Source: Candidatus Bathyarchaeota archaeon
GTDB lineage: Archaea > Thermoproteota > Bathyarchaeia > Bathyarchaeales > Bathycorpusculaceae
Length of the DNA: 64,000 bases
NCBI GenBank assembly: GCA_963775685.1
Contig: CAVZJV010000014.1
Location: 160,001 to 224,000 of the forward strand
Direction: 5' to 3'
Made by a program: the position numbers and the translations under genes. This document shows positions 41,339-50,519 of this stretch, piece by piece. The notes under the pieces were generated by a model. It did not search any database, was not told the origin of the DNA, and saw only the letters and a program-made list of their open reading frames with translations. How positions within the stretch are numbered: the stretch's first letter is position 1; every line of letters begins with the position of its first letter.

Positions 41339-42034
41339 CCTTAGAAACCTTGTTTTCCTTGTTTTACTAGGGATAATTATTTAATCATACTAAATAGAGA
41401 TAGAATTAGGCTCTTTAAACTCTATTTAATGTTGATTATTCCATAGAGATGAAAGGAATAATTAACATGGTACTAAACCAAAAGGAGCGCAATCTATTCT
41501 TTATTTGTATCCTAATTAATTTATATACGTGGAAACCCCCGTTTTTTAAGGGTTTGCGGTACCAAAAATAAAAAAAAGATAGGTTTAATGCGGCTTCATT
41601 AAGCATACACGGCTTTGCGTAGCTTACTAACCACATACCTATAAGGCATGTCCAGCCATTCATAAACGCGGTGTACAAGCACCAAGATATAGATAAGTAC
41701 CTTAGCCCACTTTGACAGCACATGTTTAGAAGCTGGTAAGTTGAATAAGTTACAGCTACAATAACGCGCACTGTTAAAGTCTATGTGTTTATGATAGCCA
41801 AATCTACATCTATAAAAACGGTTGGCTTTAGTGCTAAGTTTCTCTTTACGCAGCCCTTACAGTTAACGCATACCCAATCTTGCTTCGCGCCGAACGGTCG
41901 ATCAGCGTCAGCTCCCCAATTAGCCTGTTTAAGCATCTCACTTGAAGATTGAGTTAATGTGCGAACCTCAAAAAACAACTTTGCAGCTTTGAGGGTATAT
42001 GGTTAAATTTAAAAAATCTCTTTAATATTGCTAA

Positions 42035-42550
42035 TCATTCTTTAGCAGCTTCCTTCTCTGCATCCAACATTATAACAAGCGCAAGTTTACCTTCACGCGG
42101 TTTTAGTCCGAAGAAAGCCTTTAGAAATCTTAGAGCAACACCGCTAAGTATAGCTTCGACCTTTTTCTCAAAAATCTCTCTAGGTTGATCGTGAGGGTTT
42201 GTTATGAAAGCAGCGACTAAAAATTTTCCATCAGTTTTATATTTATAAACCGGCTTAGGAATACTTTTGATAAATCTTATTGCTTCATACTTTCCAAGTT
42301 GTGTTTCAACATCTTTAGCATTTTCCGCTTTTATTCTATACCATTGGCTTCTTCTATCCCCAGCCTTATCAAAATGTTCAATTTTTCCTTGTGATTCTAA
42401 TAGCTTGACGTATTCTGCTTAGTCTGTTGGTTCCGATACGTGTAATCCTTCTCTTAATTGTTTGAAATTTAGCTCTTTACGCTTTGTGAGCAAAGATTGA
42501 AGTTTTAAAAGGTTATCGTTACGGTCATTTTTTGCCCAGATGTTTGTCAA
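42035..42550 (-). pseudogene. winged-helix (ArsR/MarR-like) regulator with in-frame TAA at ~42420
   Basis: AGGTGA RBS plus TTG; LNFKQLREGLHVSEPTD*AEYVKLLESQGKIEHFDKAGDRRSQWYRI; same frame either side of the stop (172 codons). Confidence 0.7.
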
Positions 42551-42616
42551 ATCATCACCTAAGTTACTTAACTTATCCTAAGCTATTATATATATTTTAT
42601 CACAATATTGTTAGCC

Positions 42617-42853
42617 ATGCCAATCTTAAGGAAAATATTGAATGTTGGCGATAGCCAAGCCGTAACACTTCCAAAGTCATGGCTACGGACCGCAGAAGAA
42701 GCAGAAGGAAAAAAAGCCATAGCCGTTGCAATGGAAGTTGACGGATCAATTACCCTAAACCCTGTTTTTGAAAAAGAACAAAAGGCTGGAGTGACCCCCC
42801 GAGAAGGAAACCACGCCAGCCAGCAACCCCGGAGGATTGCCAATAATGAATAA
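42617..42853 (+). CDS. AbrB/MazE/SpoVT-type DNA-binding protein
   Basis: LRKILNVGDSQAVTLPKSW...MEVDGSITLNP. Confidence 0.85.
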   Translation: MPILRKILNVGDSQAVTLPKSWLRTAEEAEGKKAIAVAMEVDGSITLNPVFEKEQKAGVTPREGNHASQQPRRIANNE

Positions 42854-43052
42854 TTCTTATTCTACACTTAAGAATTTTGCTACTACGCGACCAACAGCAA
42901 GCCGTTTTGTAATAGTAGCAAAAATCTATCTGAGCAACAGCAAAAAAACCGTCAAGATTCTTGACTTAGACGGTCGCCTTTTAGGCATCGCATTACGCAA
43001 CGAAATTTCTAGATCTTTTAGCTGGAAAAGTCAGCCATGTAAACGTAGTTAA
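42846..43052 (+). CDS. small hypothetical protein
   Basis: GGAGG RBS, overlaps the AbrB stop, lies in the replication operon. Confidence 0.55.
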   Translation: MNNSYSTLKNFATTRPTASRFVIVAKIYLSNSKKTVKILDLDGRLLGIALRNEISRSFSWKSQPCKRS

Positions 43053-43076
43053 ACCCCAACATGGAGCGCCAACACA

Positions 43077-44042
43077 ATGAACTCCGAGCTATTAAGCGCG
43101 ATCTACGCATATCACGACATAGGATTAGCCATTATTCCATTCTACATAAACAAAGAAGGAAAAAAACGACCAAACTTAGACGAAGGCGAAAAATGGGAGC
43201 AATGGCAAACACAGCCACAAACAAAAGCAGAATTAGAAAAGTACATACCCCGCATACTTGAAAAAGAATTATTCGGAATTGTCACCGGAACACCTATCCA
43301 AGTTGACGGAGAAACCTATTATTACCAAATCATAGACCGCGACATAAAAGACCCTGATTTAACCGAGGAAATCAAAGAGAAAAGCAAACAAGCCATAAAC
43401 TTAATGCGAACAACTAAAACCATAAGAACCCTCAGCGGCGGCGACCACTTAGATTATTATAGCCGAACCCAAAGCAAAGGCAAAAAACTAAACAAAGTAG
43501 GCATGGAATTTTTAGCTACCGGGAACTTGTGTGTAATGCCACCTAGTAAAGGCTATTCACTTGTCAACGATAATTTACCCGCTATCGTTGATAACGTCGA
43601 AGATATGTTTTTTGATTGTATAGAAAAAGCTGGACTAGCCACCCAACAATTAACCACAAAAACACTAAAAGCCTTAGAAACACCCAAAACCTACAGAAAA
43701 AAGAATTTGCGCCCATGCTTCTTAAAACTGATGGAAAAGGACCACCTAGAACACTTAGAAAAAGTTGCTTTAATTTATGAATTGTATTTTTGCGGCAGAA
43801 CCGACCAAGAAATAGCGGAGTTATTCCATGAACACCAAGCATGGGAACCAGCGCCAAGACACCATTACAACCAAATAGAAACAGACAAAGCAATACAAAC
43901 CACCTTAGACTATGCCAAAAAAGACTATTTCAGATATAAGAAAGAAACCTTAGCAGGCTTAGGGATATGTAGCGCAACTTGTGAATATATCCAAGAACCC
44001 GATTGCCGCGAAAAATCAAGAAACAGTCAACCGACAACATAA
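43077..44042 (+). CDS. bifunctional primase-polymerase (Prim-Pol) with PriL-like C-terminal domain
   Basis: IIPF..KKRP, FGIVTG, IDRD, TLSGGDHLDY, CVMPPS; then RPCF..HLEHLEK..G..EIAELF..GICSATC. Confidence 0.8.
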   Translation: MNSELLSAIYAYHDIGLAIIPFYINKEGKKRPNLDEGEKWEQWQTQPQTKAELEKYIPRILEKELFGIVTGTPIQVDGETYYYQIIDRDIKDPDLTEEIKEKSKQAINLMRTTKTIRTLSGGDHLDYYSRTQSKGKKLNKVGMEFLATGNLCVMPPSKGYSLVNDNLPAIVDNVEDMFFDCIEKAGLATQQLTTKTLKALETPKTYRKKNLRPCFLKLMEKDHLEHLEKVALIYELYFCGRTDQEIAELFHEHQAWEPAPRHHYNQIETDKAIQTTLDYAKKDYFRYKKETLAGLGICSATCEYIQEPDCREKSRNSQPTT

Positions 44043-45628
44043 ACCCAATAGCAGATATAGCCAAGATCATTGAGAAAAAATACAGTTTTGCAGTAGAAAA
44101 AAACACAGAGATCCTTTATGTATTTGACACCGAGCAAGGCATCTATACAAGTAAAACAGAGCCACTAATCAACACTGAAATCTGTATCTTACTGGATGAT
44201 GAAACCCGCGTTAAATACTTCAAAGATGTTGACAACTGGATAAGAAGCAACCCAAAAACGCCAAGAGTAGAATTTAATGCCGACACAAACATAATAGCAG
44301 TTAAAAACGGAATATTGCATTTAGACACCAAAACTTTAGAGCAAATTGGGCCGCAATTCTACCTAACAAACAAGATACCACACAACTTTAAACCAAACGC
44401 AGAATGTCAACCAATAAAAGACTTCTTAGCTGTATCAATGCCAAACGAGAAACACCGCCTACAACACCAAGAATTTTTAGGCAAAATCATAGGCAGAGAA
44501 AACCACCATTTCCACGAATACGGAATAATGCAAGGTGAGGGAAATAATGGCAAATCAGTCTTAATTGACATAGACACCTACTTTTTAGGAAAAGACAACA
44601 TAAGCAGCCAAACACTACAATCCTTAATTTATGACAAATTCGCAACTGCCAAACTAAAAGATAAATTTGCCAATTTTTGCGCAGACCTACCTAGTACAAT
44701 GCTTAAACACATGGGAACAATAAACATGATTGCAGCAGGCGACCGCATAACCTCACAAAACAAATATGGCGATCCGTTCGACTGGAAACCAAACTTAGGC
44801 ATGATGTTTAGCTGTAACGAAGCCCCAGCCATAGACCCCTCAGAGGACCACACAGGCACTTATAGACGCATCTTGATATGGGATTTCCCAGTGACGTTTA
44901 GCCCGAATGACCCCGACCCAACACACCGCGAAGATAAAATGCTTAGGGATAAGCTGATGAATGAAGATCTTTTGGAGGGCTATCTCAACTATGCTATCGA
45001 AGGCTTAGAACGCCTAAAAACACAAGAAGATTTTACCGCAAAGTTAGCACCACAAGAAACCCGAATAGCATACATTAAACGATCAAATAGCCCACAAGCC
45101 TTTATAATGGAATGTTGCCAAGACACCGACGACGAGAACGACATAGTATTTGCAGACGACCTTTTTAGAATGTATATAGCGTATTGCGTAGCCAAAAAAC
45201 TAACAAGACGAACCAAAGGAGAACTAACAAAAGCATTATACAACTATGCCCCAGGCGCGGAAAAAACAAAAGCTAAAAAAGACCCTGAAAATAAGCAATC
45301 CCCCAGAGTTTATGCGTTTAGATTCCTAAAAGTGCCTAACTTGGACAACTTGGACAACCACTTTTCAAAAGTATTAAAAAATAATTCTCAACAACAAAAA
45401 ATAAAAGTTTTAGAAAATGGTTGTCCATCTTATCCATCTGAGACAAAAAAATTGGCGCTAGGGGAAAACCGAACTTGTTTTCCTGAATGTAAAAACTATC
45501 ATCAAGCGGCTTGTGAAAAAGAGAATTATGGAATGTTACTACCTAACACTTCTATTTTTGGTTGTAAGAGTTTTGCAGCTCATAACGAAGAGAGGAGGTT
45601 TTCCAATAATGGAAGCCCAAACCGTTAA
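44003..45628 (+). CDS. D5/P4-type SF3 helicase (possibly fused to the upstream Prim-Pol via a frameshift)
   Basis: AVKNGIL D5_N motif, GEGNNGKS Walker A, KYGDPF, MFSCNEAP motif C, YRRILIWDFP. Confidence 0.9.
   Translation: MPRKIKKQSTDNINPIADIAKIIEKKYSFAVEKNTEILYVFDTEQGIYTSKTEPLINTEICILLDDETRVKYFKDVDNWIRSNPKTPRVEFNADTNIIAVKNGILHLDTKTLEQIGPQFYLTNKIPHNFKPNAECQPIKDFLAVSMPNEKHRLQHQEFLGKIIGRENHHFHEYGIMQGEGNNGKSVLIDIDTYFLGKDNISSQTLQSLIYDKFATAKLKDKFANFCADLPSTMLKHMGTINMIAAGDRITSQNKYGDPFDWKPNLGMMFSCNEAPAIDPSEDHTGTYRRILIWDFPVTFSPNDPDPTHREDKMLRDKLMNEDLLEGYLNYAIEGLERLKTQEDFTAKLAPQETRIAYIKRSNSPQAFIMECCQDTDDENDIVFADDLFRMYIAYCVAKKLTRRTKGELTKALYNYAPGAEKTKAKKDPENKQSPRVYAFRFLKVPNLDNLDNHFSKVLKNNSQQQKIKVLENGCPSYPSETKKLALGENRTCFPECKNYHQAACEKENYGMLLPNTSIFGCKSFAAHNEERRFSNNGSPNR
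45338..45440. other. putative replication origin (9-bp repeats in inverted arrangement around an A-rich spacer)
   Basis: aacttggac x2 then aaccacttttc ... gaaaatggttgtcca then tccatct x2. Confidence 0.5.
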
Positions 45629-46776
45629 GGTTGTTTGCCCCGAATGTGGCAGCAAGAGTTTTCAAAGATGGCTTTAGGGAAGCACCTTTAAACTCTGCTT
45701 CAATTGAGCCAATTCAACGCTACCGATGTGCAGATTACGGTCACCGCTGGAGCGAACACATTGTTTTAAATACTGTCAAAGCCAATAAAGAAACTAACCA
45801 TTTCAGCGCATCCGGAGCGAAAAAAATGGTTTCCATGCAAAAAACAAAAATTTGCATGGGTGAGGAAAGAACACCAACCGCTAACGAAATTAAAGCAGCC
45901 CCACATATTGAACGGTTAGCAACCCAACTATTCAACGATGGCAGAGACAAATTAACAATACGGAACTATCGCACATACTTATCGTATCTTTTAATCAACG
46001 GCGCAGACTTGTTTGATCCCGAAAGCACAAAAGCAGTCTTAGCAAAGCTACCTATGAAGAAAAACACAAAACGCCTAATCGTCAGCTTACTTAAAACCTG
46101 GTATGAATTCCACAATATAATGTGGAAAGCGCCAATATACAACCGAGACAACGAAATACCCTATATTCCAACTGAAGCAGAGTTAAATGAGCTTATAGCT
46201 GGATTAGGAAAAGTACTTGCTTGTTTCTGCTCAATTTTCAAAGATACAGGTGCAAGAAGTGGCGAGATTGCGCGGTTAACATTGAAAGACATTGACTTTA
46301 ACACGCATACTATCAACATCAAAGGTGAGAAACGCAGCAACGGCCGAATTCTACCACTGACAGAAAGAACCCTTTGCACGTTAACCAATCTGAAACGTAG
46401 AAAAGACGGAAAAATCTTTAGTAGCGTAGTAAGCCTAAGAAGCAACTTCAATATTTCACGGAATAAAATCGCGGAAAAAATCGGAAACCCCAACATCTTA
46501 AAGGTTCATTTCCATACTTTCAGACATTGGAAAGCAACAACTGAGCTTCATAACTACCATGACCGCGAGAGAGTACAAATAATACTAGGGCATAAAAGCG
46601 CAGATTCAACAGAAACTTATGTTCACATTGACAAAATGCTATATCTTAACTCAGGAACGGACCAGTTTGTTTGCAAGGTTGCTGATACCTTGGAAGAAGC
46701 GTTAAAGCTGATTGAAGTCGGCTATGAGTTTCACGTTGAGATGCAGGGGCATAAAATATTTCGGAAGCGGAAGTAA
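45609..46776 (+). CDS. tyrosine integrase with N-terminal zinc ribbon, frameshift ~45655
   Basis: GAGGAGG RBS plus ATG 45609 (MEAQTVKVVCPECGSK), VFKDGFR..QRYRC; TGARSGE, HTFRHW, LGHKS, TETYVH. Confidence 0.9.
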
Positions 46777-46880
46777 CATGCAGAAATTGCTAACATACCG
46801 ATTTTTACGTATATATATCTGCATGTTAACAAGTATTAAGTACTCCATGCCGCTGAATCAATATTCAAGAGGATATTTAC

Positions 46881-47528
46881 ATGTCTGAACGTTTCGCAAA
46901 GAAATGGGAACAAAAAAGAGAAGGGGACTCATTAAGTAAAACATTGCTTAACACAATCCAGCCGGCTCCAGCACTAAAAACCGCTTTAGACCATGCTTGC
47001 AGAAAACTAGACTTGCAAATCAACAAATTAGACCAAGCAAATGAACGCTTCACACAAAAAGACAAAGCCCTGTTCGCCAAAATCGTTGACGCCTACACTA
47101 AACATGATACTGCACATGCAAACATTTACTCAACCGAATTAGCTGAAATCCGAAAAATGTCAAAACTAATCATGAACGCAAGACTGGCACTAGACCAAGT
47201 AGCACTAAGAATACGTACAGTGTCAGAACTAGGCGATGTAGTAGCTGCACTAGGACCATGCGTTGGGGTTCTACGCAGCGTCAGCACAGGATTAGGCGGA
47301 GTTTTGCCCGAAGCAGAAGGCGAACTAGGCGACATCGGCAACATGCTAAGTGGTTTAATGCTCGAAGCAGGCTCAAGCGGCGGAATGTCACTCAACTTTG
47401 ACTCAGTAAACGAAGATGCCTCAAAAATTCTGTGCGAAGCAGCAACAGTAGCAGAGCAAAGAGTCAGTGCAAACTTCCCCGATCTACCCCCTGGAATGCC
47501 CGGAGCATCCAACAAATCAAAAGCTTAA
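46881..47528 (+). CDS. cdvB: ESCRT-III / Snf7-family cell division protein
   Basis: LDLQINKLD..DKALFAKIVDA..ANIYSTELAEIRK..LALDQVALRIRTVSELGD..EAATVAEQRV..FPDLP. Confidence 0.88.
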   Translation: MSERFAKKWEQKREGDSLSKTLLNTIQPAPALKTALDHACRKLDLQINKLDQANERFTQKDKALFAKIVDAYTKHDTAHANIYSTELAEIRKMSKLIMNARLALDQVALRIRTVSELGDVVAALGPCVGVLRSVSTGLGGVLPEAEGELGDIGNMLSGLMLEAGSSGGMSLNFDSVNEDASKILCEAATVAEQRVSANFPDLPPGMPGASNKSKA

Positions 47529-47797
47529 GCTTAAGGGTCCTTGCTTTGTGTTTTCGCAGAGGAATTCACTGCAATCAAAGCAGTGTGTCACGGCTTTGGT
47601 ATAAGCGCAGTTAAGCTTAAACAAACCTTCCCCTTTCATCATTTTTTATTTTTTAATTTTAAAATCTGAAAATTTATAGAGACCCTATTTCTTTTATAAA
47701 ATTCAATTTATGAATTATCTGATCTAAACATTGCTTAGTTGCTTAAAACATAAACTGTGCAATGTCGATTAAGTTGAAAGAACAACTGTTCTAATGA

Positions 47798-48292
47798 TTG
47801 GACTTATATTTACCCTACAAACTCATTAGGGCTGAGGTTACGCGGTTGAATGGGGACAGCGAAACAGAGCTTGAATACTCACTACGCGGCAAGGCCTGGA
47901 AGGTCTACTGGTTCCTGCTGAAAACAGGGAGCTCAGTTGGAGTCCGCGAAGTTCAGCGGGCTTTACATTTTAGCAGTCCCAGTATAGCTTTTCATCACCT
48001 TGAGCAGCTGCGGGAGTTGGGATTGGTTGAAAAGCAAAATGTCGGCGGCCACTACATATTGGTTGGCCAAGTAAAAATCGGCGTTCTACGCCATTATGTA
48101 AAGTTGGGCAAACTCTTGTTTCCACGTTTCTTCTTCTACGCCCTGTTCTCAAGTATATTCTACGCAGCTTATCTGCTGATAATCGTTCACAGTTTAAGCA
48201 GGGATAACCTGTACATCATTTCCTTTGGTGCCATAGTCTGCGCAGTTTTTTGGTATGAGGCTTATCGTGTGTGGGAAATGAGGCCATTCTAA
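47798..48292 (+). CDS. membrane-tethered winged-helix transcription regulator
   Basis: VYWFLLK..VGVREVQRALHFSSPSIAFHHLEQLRELGLVEK plus two C-terminal TM helices. Confidence 0.8.
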   Translation: MDLYLPYKLIRAEVTRLNGDSETELEYSLRGKAWKVYWFLLKTGSSVGVREVQRALHFSSPSIAFHHLEQLRELGLVEKQNVGGHYILVGQVKIGVLRHYVKLGKLLFPRFFFYALFSSIFYAAYLLIIVHSLSRDNLYIISFGAIVCAVFWYEAYRVWEMRPF

Positions 48293-48341
48293 ATGTTAGA
48301 ACAGGCTGTTCGTGGGCTTAGCATAAAATAGAAACTCGCCT

Positions 48342-50363
48342 ATGTATGTCAAGGAGATAAACAGTATGGTTCAGAAAGAAGTTAGAAAAAAAACTAAAAT
48401 TTACGGAACAGTAGCAGTGCTCTCAGCTATCGTGCTAGTTTCTATGGTTTATGCGTTCGGCACCTCCCCGACAATTTTGCCATTCAACCAACCGGTCACT
48501 GTTTCAGGCATGAAGACGTTTCCATCGATGGAGGTACTCCAAGATTACTTGAACACAACTTCGGTAAGTAGTCTACCAGAAATGTATTGGGGGCGTCCAA
48601 TGGTTACTACTTCATCGCCAACTGCGGCAGCACCGGGCATCTATGGAGTCAACAACGATTATTCCTCCACAAACATCCAAGTTGCAGGGGTAGATGAGGC
48701 TGACACGGTAAAAACAGACGGAAAATACATCTACACCATTTCTACAACTCAGAACAGCTTGTTTTATAATTCTGGATATGGTTCACAAACCAGTAACAAC
48801 GTATACATTATAAGTGCCGACCCGCAAAGCGCCAAAGTAATCTCAAGAATCACCCTTGATAATGACTTAAGCCCTGATGGGCTGTTCCTTAACCAAGATA
48901 GCACAAGACTCATCGTTATTTCAAGCAAATACCAATCATACTCTGCTGCCTCAAATGGTATCATGATTATGCCCTACTACAGCGATGTCTCAACATCCCT
49001 ATACGTGTATGACGTTTCAAACAAGGCATCTCCGGTTTTGGATAGAAACGTTACTGTTAGTGGAAGTTACTTTAATTCCCGCATGATAGGCAATTATATT
49101 TATGCAGTTACTAGCCAAAATGCCTACGTATTTAATGGTGCCGTGACAGTTCCAGCCGTTTACAAAGAAGGAATAGCTTATGCCGCTTCGCCCACAAGCA
49201 TCTACTACGCTGACATGAACCAATCCTACAGCTACTCATTCACCAGCTTCTATGGCATCGATGTGGCAGACAACCAACAGCAACCCACAAACATGACGGT
49301 TCTAATGAGCGGCGCAAGCACAATGTATGTTTCACCAGATAACATCTATGTGGCCTATCCAAACTGGGTTAACGGCAGCGATGTCACATCCATTTATAGA
49401 GTAAAAATCGACGGTTTACAATTGACTTTGGAAGCTCAAGGAGGTGTTCTAGGCTACACCATAAACCAGTATGCAATGGACGAATACAATGACAACCTGC
49501 GAATAGCAACCAACATGCAAAGAATAGACCCAGGCAAACCCTTTATGGGCACAGAACAAGGTACACAAGTCAACAATGTCTATGTGCTCAATCAGAACCT
49601 GTCTTTAGTAGGCAAATTGGAAGGGCTAGCGCAGGGCGAGAACCTCCATTCAGTCCGCTTTATGGGCGACAAATGCTACCTTGTAACTTTCATTAGAACC
49701 GACCCTTTGTTCGTCATCGACCTTAGTCAACCAACAAACCCCATAGTGCTAGGCGAACTCAAAATCCCCGGCTACAGCGACTACCTGCACCCCTATGACG
49801 AGACACATTTAATTGGAGTCGGCAAAGAAACCGTTGAAGCACAGGAACAAGATTTCGCTTGGTACCAAGGCATAAAGCTATCTCTCTTTGACGTAAGCAA
49901 CGTAAATAGCCCTATTCAGCTGGCAAATTTCACAATTGGCGACAGAGGCACAGACTCTCCAGTCTTAACAGAACCCAAAGCTTTCCTGTTTGATAAGACA
50001 AAAAATCTGCTGGTGATCCCAATAAGTTTGGCATTGGTGGATAACTCTACGCTTCAAGAGTTTCAAAAATATGGTCAATCGGCGGCGTCTGCTTATGGCA
50101 CAACGGTTTGGCAAGGCGCTTATGTCTTCAGCCTCTCCGTGGACGGCGGCTTTACTCTGAAAGGTACCATAACACATATAGACCCAATATTGCTAAACAG
50201 CGAGGGATACCTAATCGACAACGTAGATTACTGGAACACCCAAAACCAATGGATCACAAGGTCGTTCTACATTGGCAATACGATATACACAATATCCAAT
50301 GCAGAAGTCAAACTCAACAGCCTTACCGACATGACCCAAATTGCCCAAGTTAGCCTCCAATAA
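48342..50363 (+). CDS. secreted beta-propeller domain protein (Beta_propel family)
   Basis: YSSTNIQVAGVDEADTVKTDG, NQYAMDEY, SVRFMGD..YLVTF..TDPLFVIDLS, GELKIPGYSDYLHP. Confidence 0.9.
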   Translation: MYVKEINSMVQKEVRKKTKIYGTVAVLSAIVLVSMVYAFGTSPTILPFNQPVTVSGMKTFPSMEVLQDYLNTTSVSSLPEMYWGRPMVTTSSPTAAAPGIYGVNNDYSSTNIQVAGVDEADTVKTDGKYIYTISTTQNSLFYNSGYGSQTSNNVYIISADPQSAKVISRITLDNDLSPDGLFLNQDSTRLIVISSKYQSYSAASNGIMIMPYYSDVSTSLYVYDVSNKASPVLDRNVTVSGSYFNSRMIGNYIYAVTSQNAYVFNGAVTVPAVYKEGIAYAASPTSIYYADMNQSYSYSFTSFYGIDVADNQQQPTNMTVLMSGASTMYVSPDNIYVAYPNWVNGSDVTSIYRVKIDGLQLTLEAQGGVLGYTINQYAMDEYNDNLRIATNMQRIDPGKPFMGTEQGTQVNNVYVLNQNLSLVGKLEGLAQGENLHSVRFMGDKCYLVTFIRTDPLFVIDLSQPTNPIVLGELKIPGYSDYLHPYDETHLIGVGKETVEAQEQDFAWYQGIKLSLFDVSNVNSPIQLANFTIGDRGTDSPVLTEPKAFLFDKTKNLLVIPISLALVDNSTLQEFQKYGQSAASAYGTTVWQGAYVFSLSVDGGFTLKGTITHIDPILLNSEGYLIDNVDYWNTQNQWITRSFYIGNTIYTISNAEVKLNSLTDMTQIAQVSLQ

Positions 50364-50519
50364 CCTCTTCTTATTTTTTTATTGTTTATGGATAGTGCTT
50401 TTTATATCATTTATTCAACGCACATTAAATTAACTTTTTAAAAAACATATGCTTTGGGATGCCTATCCCTATTTAATATGTTGAAACAACTGCTCAATGA
50501 ATTTTTCATATAACTTTGT

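Larger units (their letters stand above)
37936..46831. mobile_element. integrated plasmid/virus-like element (~9 kb)
   Basis: Terminal tyrosine integrase, second tyrosine recombinase, Prim-Pol plus SF3 helicase, divergent HTH/AbrB regulators, small basic ORFs, AT-rich stretches; degenerate direct repeat at the ends; boundaries tentative. Confidence 0.8.

Noticed and set aside
46777-46880. tRNA gene as integration target
   Set aside because: No cloverleaf or T-loop GTTCRA motif at either end of the element
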